A DNA stretch of 64,000 nucleotides from Promethearchaeota archaeon (lineage in GTDB: Archaea > Asgardarchaeota > Lokiarchaeia > Sigyniarchaeales > SOKP01), in the NCBI GenBank assembly GCA_008080735.1, contig SHMW01000012.1, positions 20,998-84,997 of the forward strand. The letters are read 5' to 3'. The position numbers were made by a program, and so were the translations under genes. Each line of letters starts with the position of its first letter. Position 1 is the stretch's first letter. The notes beneath the pieces were generated by a model, which was given only the letters and a program-made list of their open reading frames with translations, was not told the origin of the DNA and made no database searches. Positions 10,835 to 19,655 of the stretch are shown piece after piece.

Positions 10835-11761
10835 TTATTTTCCGCAATTTTTAGATCTTTGTTCATTGATTTTTATAAAGGCTTCTTCTTGTTGATTTCT
10901 AAGCTTAGACTTAACATTTCTATTGACTTGACTAAGAAATTTATAAGCACTTTTTTTGCCATGATTTATATTATCAAAAAGCTCCTCCTTACCCACTCCT
11001 CCTGAAATAGTGAGAGCGGTTTGAAACGTTTGCTGTGGTTCAAGCGTTTTAAATTCGATCTGTAGCGCTGACAATATTTCCGCGGGTTTATCGTGTAAGG
11101 TGCTGGAAAGATCTAATTTATCTTGATCTATATGGAAATCATTAGTCAACACCGTCTCGTAATTTGTAGAGCGGGATATAGGAGAAAATCCCGCATAGAG
11201 TCCGGTTTTGTCATATTGATAAATGATATCGTGTTCCTTATCATAACCAGATAAATCATTGTCAAATCCTTGTAGCCCGTTGATATCAAAGTCGAATACG
11301 AAATAGATATTAAAATCGATAAGATCATAATCAGAGATATTCTTGAAAGTGAAGAATGTATTTATGTAAGGTACCATTGGCTTTGAAAAGATATCTACAT
11401 ATAATCGAATATACGGGTTTTCTTTCTTAAAGTTTAATGGTTCCAAGTCGCCTTGATCTATCAATTTTTTCAAATATTCTTGAATATCAAAATCTAAGGT
11501 AATTCGGTCAATATGAGTGCCTTTTCTACTATTTACTAATTTATATATCGGGGTTGGCTCGATGTTTTTCAATATAACTGGAACAGTTCCAACTTTCTTA
11601 CCATGCATTTTGAAGCTAAACCATGGACCTGCATATTCTTGCTCAGTTAGATAAAGCAAATATTTTCCTTGGTAAGTCAGTTCCTTTAGCGAGAAGCCCA
11701 TAAGGTATCCAGAAGTATTTCAAGTGGCGAGTACGTCGTTGAATGAGACTTTTAAAACTAT
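10835..11761 (-). CDS. putative selenoprotein (Sec14) with a beta-sandwich fold resembling GH15 glucoamylase N-terminal domains; track ORF 10835..11701 is the truncated form
   Basis: SD GGAGG at 11772-11776, ATA at 11761, in-frame TGA at 11722-11720, continuous into the 288-aa ORF; SECIS follows the stop. CDS itself is near-certain, the Sec call is inferred. Confidence 0.75.
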
Positions 11762-11912
11762 TTTTTCTCAACCTCCATAATGTTAATTCATTACTATTAA
11801 ATGATTTATTCATAATAAAATTCTTAATTTTTTGAAAAATATAGATTGATCTGGTGGATAATGTGAAAATTCTAGTTAAGAATTAAAATTAGGATTTTTT
11901 AAAATGGAAAGT

Positions 11913-12878
11913 CTAGATCCTTTCTAAAAATTTATACGCGATATAAGAAAAGGCATCATTCACATTTTCTCCTGTCTTTGCTGAAGTGATAATATAATTA
12001 AAACCATGCTCATCTGCCGCGTTTCGTACATCCTCCTCGCTTATCACGATCTCATCGATCAGATCACTTTTATTGGCAACAATGATGATTGGGATACGAA
12101 TTTTTACTGATTCTTTAATATCTTCAACCCATTTTTCTACGTTTTCTAAGGTTTCTTTTCGTGTTCGATCCACGACTATCATGGCACAATTCGCCCCTTC
12201 ATAAAACCTTTTACGATATGGCGCAAGATTTTGCCCTCCCACATCCCAGATTATGAAATTAATCTTAGTCTTTTCACTTAAATCAACCACATGCTTTGTA
12301 ATATCGACACCAATCGTAGAAATATATTCATCCTTAAACTTGTTTTCGACAAATCGGCGAATTAAAGAAGTCTTGCCAACTTTCCAGTCTCCTGTTAAAA
12401 TGAGCTTTGTTGAATATTCCCCCTCTGGGAGCTTCCCGCCTCTTGTTTGAGACAAAACTTTAATGATTTGAGGGATCTCTGTAGATACATTTTCCTTTCC
12501 TCCAATTAATAGTTCCGCCTTCCCTGCCACATGCTCGGAAAGCACTTTTAATTCAATATCTCCTGTATCTGGGTTAGCAAGCGTCGTGAGGATCGTTTTT
12601 TCTCCTTGTGAACAAAACGAAAACTTCTTATCACCCGTAGTGGTGATATTGAAAAATGAGCTCTCTGTTCCAAATTCTCTTTTGATTCGTTCAATATATT
12701 CATCAAGGATGGCTGATAATACTCCAATAACGGTATCAGAGTTCTCTTGCGCTTCTTCTCTGGTCTCTGAAGCGATAATTAACCCATCCTTATCGACTAA
12801 AGCGACAGCGATGACTCCCTTCAAGCTATTCATATAATTATTTAATAAGGCATTGAGTTGCCGTTCCATTCTTATCAC
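11913..12878 (-). CDS. roadblock/LC7-domain + Rab-like small GTPase fusion
   Basis: N-term VIAVALVDKDGLIIAS; G1 GDWKVGKTS, G2 TIGVD, G3 WDVGGQ, G4 NKSD, G5 SAK; start may be ATG at 12869. Confidence 0.92.
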   Translation of the reverse strand: MIRMERQLNALLNNYMNSLKGVIAVALVDKDGLIIASETREEAQENSDTVIGVLSAILDEYIERIKREFGTESSFFNITTTGDKKFSFCSQGEKTILTTLANPDTGDIELKVLSEHVAGKAELLIGGKENVSTEIPQIIKVLSQTRGGKLPEGEYSTKLILTGDWKVGKTSLIRRFVENKFKDEYISTIGVDITKHVVDLSEKTKINFIIWDVGGQNLAPYRKRFYEGANCAMIVVDRTRKETLENVEKWVEDIKESVKIRIPIIIVANKSDLIDEIVISEEDVRNAADEHGFNYIITSAKTGENVNDAFSYIAYKFLERI

Positions 12879-13041
12879 AGATTTCTATTAACTCTTGTTA
12901 TAACTTTATTATTGAAATGATATTTAATAAAAATATCTATTTACTATTGTTAACTGCCTATCAAATAGGATACTTTTTTATGATTGTGGCAATATGATGA
13001 TAATACAACCTTTATTAATATCCCATACCTAACTAGAATGT

Positions 13042-13203
13042 ATGATAGGTTCATCACCTTCAAAATATGAAGATAATATCGCACAATTATTAGACCGTTC
13101 TATTATACTATTCAGACGAGTTGGGAATGATGAGCTTGCCGATAAATGGGACCGCATTTTGAAAAATTATCATATGAGTTTAAGAGAAAAAAGGCAAGGT
13201 TAG
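13042..13203 (+). CDS. small hypothetical protein (53 aa, MIGSSPSKYEDNIAQLL...)
   Basis: ATG..TAG ORF below the track cutoff, about 25 nt after TATA-like tttattaa, helical composition. Confidence 0.5.
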   Translation: MIGSSPSKYEDNIAQLLDRSIILFRRVGNDELADKWDRILKNYHMSLREKRQG

Positions 13204-13431
13204 GAAAATCAGCAATTGCTAAATCTTTATAATAGAGTTTAGAGTTTGCCGCTTTTTCAACTTGATTGAATATTTTGGTCTTAATCTTTTAATTTAGGAG
13301 AATAAATGTTTAAATCTCTTCCTTCAACAAAGTATTGAGCATGAACAAGGAAATTTGATTAAATAGAGAGCCTCATCGATTAGATTTCTTTCGCGCTTTT
13401 GAGAAATCCGAATAGATTACTTGAAAAATCA

Positions 13432-14370
13432 TCATCGATTAGATTTCATGGATAATTCATACGCCTTTTTTGTGAGCGTTTCATATATTTTTTCTATTAC
13501 AATCGCAAATGCTTTTGGATGTTCCAGATTTGGGGGAAGTCCCAGATTTTCTAACGTTTCTATTATTTTTCCCGGTTTTCGGAATTGGAAATCAATGTCC
13601 TCTAATTTGTCTTTTAATTGAGCCTTATCTCTAAATTCATTAATATTGATCATTGGAATATCAAAAGAGAACACTTTATCATTTTCCCGTTTTTCTTTTG
13701 TTATTTCACTCTCCTTATTCTCAATGGGTCCAACCTCCTTTCCTAATTTAAGTTCGGATAAAAGCTCCTTCTTTGTTTTTCCCCTCAATTTTAAGAGTAT
13801 TAAGGGTTTATAATCCACAACACGTGAGATATAGAGTATTGTTGCGGCGATATGTTTACAAGGAATCGCTTTATCGGGACAAGAACATGAAGCATTTAAC
13901 CCTTCGGACACATCGGGATAAAGCGAGTAATTATACTTCTCGAAAATATCTATAATATTTTCTGATAATTTACCCTCTAATAAATTAATTAAATTTAGAA
14001 TAGAATGAGAGAGCTCTTTAATGATACTTTTCCATCCCCCTTCGGGAATTTGCTTAAATTTAATTCTCACACGATAAGGGGTTGGTGCGGTTCCCTGGAC
14101 CATTGCGAAAATCTCTCCTTTGTTAATTCTTAAATTACTCAATCGCTCTTCATCCTCAGCGTACTGAATACCTCTTCTCATACGATAGGGACGTCCAATT
14201 TTGAGGATCGAATGGATCCACTGTTTTCCCCACGATGTTTTTGCATAATTCACTAAATCTCGCTTAATTTGCATAACTTCTTGGTGTTTCTTTTCTTTAT
14301 CCATCGCGTAATGCTTTTCTTTATCTGAACGTCTAAAATTCCTTCTTTCATTCATTTTTGATATCTTCAA
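13432..14370 (-). CDS. SWIM zinc-finger protein (partner of the SNF2 ATPase)
   Basis: R..RG..YA, VQGT..PY.V, CSCPD..PCKHIAA. Confidence 0.92.
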   Translation of the reverse strand: MKISKMNERRNFRRSDKEKHYAMDKEKKHQEVMQIKRDLVNYAKTSWGKQWIHSILKIGRPYRMRRGIQYAEDEERLSNLRINKGEIFAMVQGTAPTPYRVRIKFKQIPEGGWKSIIKELSHSILNLINLLEGKLSENIIDIFEKYNYSLYPDVSEGLNASCSCPDKAIPCKHIAATILYISRVVDYKPLILLKLRGKTKKELLSELKLGKEVGPIENKESEITKEKRENDKVFSFDIPMININEFRDKAQLKDKLEDIDFQFRKPGKIIETLENLGLPPNLEHPKAFAIVIEKIYETLTKKAYELSMKSNR

Positions 14371-14373
14371 ATT

Positions 14374-17300
14374 TTATTTACTTATTGATATTAGATCTTT
14401 GATTTTCTCATCGCTCAATTCTGATATCCATGATTCGCCGCTTGCAATTACCGCATCAGCTAATTCTTTTTTCTCTTGGATTAATTTATCAATCTTCTCT
14501 TCTATCGTATCTATTGTTATGAATTTGTAAACATTAACGGGTTCAGTTTGTCCGATACGATATGCGCGATCCGTGGCCTGTCTCTCCACTGCAGGATTCC
14601 ACCATCTGTCAATATGGAATACAGTATTTGCTCCCGTGAGATTTAAACCCGTTCCACCCGCTTTTAGTGATAAGATTAGGATTGGTGGGCTTCCTATAGA
14701 GTCCGATTGAAAGCTCTCAACTATAGTTTTTCTTTTCTCTGCCGGAACGCTTCCGTGGAAATATAGAATTGGAAAGTCGTACTTATACTGTAGAATGGTT
14801 TCTAGAATGTCACCCATTTGAGTAAATTGCGTAAATATGATGGCTTTTTCATTTTTGTCTATGACTTCATCGAGCATATCCAGTAATCGTTCGAGCTTAG
14901 GAGATTGAGATATAAAAGAATCATAATTTTCTTTCAAAATTTCATAAGTGAGTTTCTTGTGTAAATATTGATATGGGTGATTACAAATTTGTTTAAGTTT
15001 GGTAAGCATGCTCAATATCAAGATGCTTTTTCCTTGTTCTTTACTCTCTCCACTTTCAAATTTATTTAAAATATCGTTTACTAGCTCCTTATACAATTTT
15101 AGTTGCGTCTCACTCAGTTCTACATAAATTTTCATTTCATTCTTTTCAGGTAGATCTGATATGACAGATTTATCAGTTTTAACCCGCCGAAGAATGAAAG
15201 GAGAGATGATGGTCTTGAGCTTCTCAATTGCCTCCTTGTTATGGAAGCGCTCAATTGGGATGACAAACTCTTCCTGAAATTCTTTCCTGCTCCCCAGCAG
15301 CCCTGGATTCAAAAAGTTAAATAACGTCCAGAGTTCCATTAAACGATTTTCAATGGGAGTACCGCTCAAGCAGATGCGATATTGACTCTGCAGTTGGTAG
15401 ATTGCTTGAGTTTGCTGGGCCTCGTAATTCTTCATATTTTGTGATTCATCTACTATAACGCCGCTAAACGGGAGTGTCTTTAATAGGTCAACATCGTTCC
15501 GTATTGTTCCATAAGAAGTTAATATAATTTGATATTCTTGGAGATATGTGCCAATGTTTTTAGGATCTTTAATCCGATTTGGACCATGATGCATTTCAAC
15601 CGCTAAATCCGGACCAAACTTGTTAATCTCTCGCTTCCAATTATATAATACAGAAGTAGGACAAATTACCAGAACACTATTTAATTCCTCTCCATAGTTC
15701 TGTTTGAAATGTTGCAGTAGTGCGATTATTTGAATAGTTTTTCCCAATCCCATATCATCCGCTAGACACAAACCAAAATTAAGCGCACACATGTTTGTCA
15801 TCCATGTTAATCCAGTTTTTTGATATGGTCGTAATTCTCCCTCGAAATTTTCTGGTTGTGATACTTCCTCAAAATTCTGTAATGATTTAATCCTTGAGAC
15901 AATTTCCTCGAAATGCCCTTCAATAACGACTTCATAGGTCGGACCAGTTTCATCCACTCCAACTTTTCCGGCTAAACCTAGCTTTATTGCTTCCATATAA
16001 TTTATCTGACCTTCGGGTTGAGACAGCTTTCTTTTTACATCTGAATTTTCAAAAATCTGCTTTAAGTTAGCAACATCTCGATTATCCAAAAGGATCCATT
16101 CTCCTCGCCAATTAATCAAAGATTGTTCGTTTTCTAATAATTCGTTTAATTCTTCTTTAGATAGTGTTTCATCTCCGAGTTCGACCTCCCATTTGTACTT
16201 AATCATATCATTAATCTGGAACATAGACTTAGTAGAAGATGAGATTCCTTTGCGCTTTTTTTCCTTCTTAGAAGTAATCACCATCTTAGTGGAAAGTCTC
16301 TGCCTTCCCCCTTTCTTGAAAACATCGGGAAGTATGACATTAAATCCACTTTGTATCAATAAATCTTTCGGATAACCCAAAAAATTCATTACTTCTGAGG
16401 AGGAGAGTGCAATTGGTTTTGGATATGATCCATTTAAAGCTTGTCTACTTGGAGGGTAAATTTTCGAAATAGTTCCTAAACTTCTAAGAAGTATTTCGAT
16501 AAATTCCTCTTGTGAGTTAAAAGATTTTAAGAATTCCAATTCTTCACTTTTTTCTGACTCCCATAGCTCGGATAGAGTATATGATTTTCCACTTTTTTGA
16601 GAGTGCAGAATGGGTTGGAGTTGCCATTTTTCTTGATCCACATCGGGGTAATCTAACTTCAATCCTATTGTTAAACTATGTTTCAGAGTGGAAGTTTGAG
16701 CTATGTTTACCCAGTTTTTTATCAATTTTGGAATGATTGTTTCATGAAACTGGGTTATGGAAAAGTCATTTTCATCTTTTAATAGACTTTTGAGGAACTT
16801 ATAATCCCAGCTTAAACCAAATTCTCTGCGTTTTTCTTTCATTTTATCTATATTATAAAACTGAGAAAGTTCGCGAAAATTCGACTTTTTTAACATGGAT
16901 CGGATTAATAAATCTCCAATCGTGTCAATATAATCCGAAAAAAGATAGGAAGGATGCCACAGATTTTCTGTATAAATATCTTTTAGTCCAGATTCGGAAT
17001 TTCTAATAAAATTTCCGGGAATATTATATGCAAAATATGGTGCGTACTGTAAAATCTTTTGATAACGCTCGTGATCATAGTTGTCTTTGAGAATTAACCT
17101 CCAATGACCTGTAAATTTCTTTTCTGTTCTTTTTTCTAAAATTGGAACAAAATTTCCTCTATTTAAGAGTTCAAAGATCAATTTTGTTATTAATGCCCAA
17201 CTTCTAATCGAATCGGAATAATAAAATTCTAATTTTGAGTCATCTTTCTCGAAGATTTCCAATTGATTTAACATTTTTGAAGCGGGCAGTAATGGAAGTA

Positions 17301-17592
17301 TTTTTGCATCTACTTTTCTTATTAGAAAGTGCCCTTCATTTTGAGTATTCTCCGAAATAAAAGCCAGATTGACTTGACAGCTAAGTAATTTATCTAATGG
17401 GATCTCAGAGAAACATCGACCAATACTTTTTTCTAATTCTGTCACAGAATTGCCTTTTGATTGCCATAATATAAAAAAGCTTGCTTCAGATGGAATGTTT
17501 TTACTTTTTTCGGTTAAAATAAATTCGCTCCTTTCGTCATTCCAATACTCTGATGGGATATAAGTCAATTGAAGTTCGTTGATATTATTCAT
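14374..17592 (-). CDS. SNF2-family helicase/ATPase (YwqA/SSO1653-like)
   Basis: LRPYQ, LADDMGLGKT, DESQ, SGTPIENRL, LKAGGTGLNL, WWNPAVERQATDRAYRIGQ. Confidence 0.96.
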   Translation of the reverse strand: MNNINELQLTYIPSEYWNDERSEFILTEKSKNIPSEASFFILWQSKGNSVTELEKSIGRCFSEIPLDKLLSCQVNLAFISENTQNEGHFLIRKVDAKILPLLPASKMLNQLEIFEKDDSKLEFYYSDSIRSWALITKLIFELLNRGNFVPILEKRTEKKFTGHWRLILKDNYDHERYQKILQYAPYFAYNIPGNFIRNSESGLKDIYTENLWHPSYLFSDYIDTIGDLLIRSMLKKSNFRELSQFYNIDKMKEKRREFGLSWDYKFLKSLLKDENDFSITQFHETIIPKLIKNWVNIAQTSTLKHSLTIGLKLDYPDVDQEKWQLQPILHSQKSGKSYTLSELWESEKSEELEFLKSFNSQEEFIEILLRSLGTISKIYPPSRQALNGSYPKPIALSSSEVMNFLGYPKDLLIQSGFNVILPDVFKKGGRQRLSTKMVITSKKEKKRKGISSSTKSMFQINDMIKYKWEVELGDETLSKEELNELLENEQSLINWRGEWILLDNRDVANLKQIFENSDVKRKLSQPEGQINYMEAIKLGLAGKVGVDETGPTYEVVIEGHFEEIVSRIKSLQNFEEVSQPENFEGELRPYQKTGLTWMTNMCALNFGLCLADDMGLGKTIQIIALLQHFKQNYGEELNSVLVICPTSVLYNWKREINKFGPDLAVEMHHGPNRIKDPKNIGTYLQEYQIILTSYGTIRNDVDLLKTLPFSGVIVDESQNMKNYEAQQTQAIYQLQSQYRICLSGTPIENRLMELWTLFNFLNPGLLGSRKEFQEEFVIPIERFHNKEAIEKLKTIISPFILRRVKTDKSVISDLPEKNEMKIYVELSETQLKLYKELVNDILNKFESGESKEQGKSILILSMLTKLKQICNHPYQYLHKKLTYEILKENYDSFISQSPKLERLLDMLDEVIDKNEKAIIFTQFTQMGDILETILQYKYDFPILYFHGSVPAEKRKTIVESFQSDSIGSPPILILSLKAGGTGLNLTGANTVFHIDRWWNPAVERQATDRAYRIGQTEPVNVYKFITIDTIEEKIDKLIQEKKELADAVIASGESWISELSDEKIKDLISISK

Positions 17593-17660
17593 GGATTTGG
17601 CTCCAAGAGGTAATATTTAACTATTAATATAATATTCGGAATATCATTATAAAGGTTATT

Positions 17661-18248
17661 CTAAAGCGAACCTTTGGTTGATGGAATTTCATCTGAAACT
17701 ATTTTTTTTGCTTTTTTTATAGCTCTTGCCAACGATTTAAATGCGGCTTCCACTTTATGGTGTTGATCCATCCCATAAAGGATATGAAGATGTAAATTCA
17801 TTTTTGCGTTTTCTGCGAAAGAATTGAAAAAATGATATACGTCTTCTACTGCTACGTCTTCAATATCACATTCATTTAGTTGGAGATCCAAATCTAAAGC
17901 TTTACGCCCACTGAAGTCAATTACACATCTTGCTAAAGATTCGTCCATTGGAACAAATGCAGTACCATATCGGTTTAATCCCTTTTTATCTCCTAAAGCT
18001 TTAAGAATGCCCTGTCCAAGACTGATTCCTATATCTTCTATTATGTGATGAGTTAAATCTCCATCTGCTTTAACTTTTAAATCTATCTGAGAATGCTTTG
18101 CCAAAAGAGTGAGCATATGGTCCATAAAATTATAACTTGTATCAATCTCACTTTCTCCCGAACCATCAAGGTTCAGCTCTATTACAACTTGGGTCTCTTT
18201 TGTTTCCCTATTAATTTGAGCAGTTCGATCCATTTTTTTCGCGTCCAT
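17661..18248 (-). CDS. hisB: imidazoleglycerol-phosphate dehydratase
   Basis: RETKET, DHML, HHIIED, PMDESL, HHKVEA, PSTKGSL. Confidence 0.97.
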   Translation of the reverse strand: MDAKKMDRTAQINRETKETQVVIELNLDGSGESEIDTSYNFMDHMLTLLAKHSQIDLKVKADGDLTHHIIEDIGISLGQGILKALGDKKGLNRYGTAFVPMDESLARCVIDFSGRKALDLDLQLNECDIEDVAVEDVYHFFNSFAENAKMNLHLHILYGMDQHHKVEAAFKSLARAIKKAKKIVSDEIPSTKGSL

Positions 18249-18442
18249 AAAGATAATAATTATACTATCTATAATTCTTTATGATTTTTATCGGTTTTTT
18301 ATTTTAATAGATATATTAACTCAAATCTTATGAACTTATATTATCTTCTATCTAATTTTATTTTCCAAAAAACTCCATTATCCGATTTTACTAAGCCTAT
18401 TATTCATTCTTAAAACAAAATCTCTTCTATAAAAGTGTTGGA

Positions 18443-19591
18443 TTATCTGGTATAGTCTTTTATTACTTCTGAAATCATTTCGAGTTTTCGGATATTCCCA
18501 TTTGGAGGAAATTCATCAGAAACTCCTAATATTAATCGAGGGAAGAATAGATCGAGAACTTTTTTGGTAAAATCTAAGACTTGTTTATCAGAATATTCAT
18601 TCAAGAATAAAATTGAGGGGATCCCATCAAGTAAAATTTTCGATCCAATAGAATCTCTTAGCTCTTCCAAAGTAACATCCCCTTGAGGCTTAGCAGTTAA
18701 GGCTTCCAGTCCATCAAACGGAAGATCTTCTAGAAAAGGCAATAAATCTTTTAGAGAACCGTCCATATGAATATGGCTCATTATTCCTGCCTTATGTAGC
18801 TCTTTTACTCTTTTATTATAATATGGAACTAGATATTTTTTGAAATATGGAGGCGGAGAAAGATTTGCGTCAAGGTTTTCCCCAAAATTTATTATCTTCA
18901 ACGGGCTTTTATTGACCACATCAAAAATCTGATCATTCCAAGAATCAATAAAATTCATAAATTCTTCAATCTCTTTAGGATGTTTCCTTAAAAGCAAAAT
19001 CGTATTGACGAATCCTATATAATCAACGACTAACCGCATATAGGGGGATCGGGGGATATATTCGCTTATAACTCCGCTATCTCCCATCATTTCTTTTGCT
19101 TTCTCATAATTTTTATGATTAAACTGAAACGTGGAATTATCCAGAACTATTTTCATAATCTCAATGTCATCCAAGGATTTAATTGGATATTCTTGGATAT
19201 GAAAATGCTTTATTCTACTGGTAAGCTCTCCTTTAGGTGTTTTGAATATTTTAATGATTTCATTTCTATCTTTCCCTCGTTTGTTTTGGATTTCAACACC
19301 CGCGTCAGACTCTATAATTGTGTCGAAGAGTGAAATAAAATAGGTCTCGAAGACATATCTTGGACTAGCATTAAGCATATCATAGATTTCTTGTTGCGAT
19401 TTTCCATCATAATTCTCTGGGACGTGTTTCTTTTGACCACCCTTTTTACTCTTAAAAAACACTTTATTTTCATTATACCAATAATAAATACGAGGGCTAA
19501 ATACGATTTGATCAATTTTTTTACCTGAAAAAGTATTTAAAATTCTTTCTTTCGGACTTTTAGTCATAAGCAATAAATTTCTTTTGATCAT
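18443..19591 (-). CDS. uroporphyrinogen decarboxylase-like / MtaA-CmuA-like TIM-barrel protein
   Basis: ER.L..F, SP..FKKY..PYY, HIHMDG, ILGVSDE. Confidence 0.8.
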   Translation of the reverse strand: MIKRNLLLMTKSPKERILNTFSGKKIDQIVFSPRIYYWYNENKVFFKSKKGGQKKHVPENYDGKSQQEIYDMLNASPRYVFETYFISLFDTIIESDAGVEIQNKRGKDRNEIIKIFKTPKGELTSRIKHFHIQEYPIKSLDDIEIMKIVLDNSTFQFNHKNYEKAKEMMGDSGVISEYIPRSPYMRLVVDYIGFVNTILLLRKHPKEIEEFMNFIDSWNDQIFDVVNKSPLKIINFGENLDANLSPPPYFKKYLVPYYNKRVKELHKAGIMSHIHMDGSLKDLLPFLEDLPFDGLEALTAKPQGDVTLEELRDSIGSKILLDGIPSILFLNEYSDKQVLDFTKKVLDLFFPRLILGVSDEFPPNGNIRKLEMISEVIKDYTR

Positions 19592-19655
19592 TATTGATAA
19601 TTAATAAATTTTGAAAAATAGTTATCCAAAAAATAGTTTTTGTTTTCAAATAGAT

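Noticed and set aside
11768-11770. Second in-frame TGA upstream of the ATA as another Sec
   Set aside because: It is part of the SD region (GGAGGTTGA), and no start codon occurs before the next in-frame TAA
18249-18442. His-rich leader upstream of hisB, by analogy with cimA
   Set aside because: No His-codon-rich uORF found
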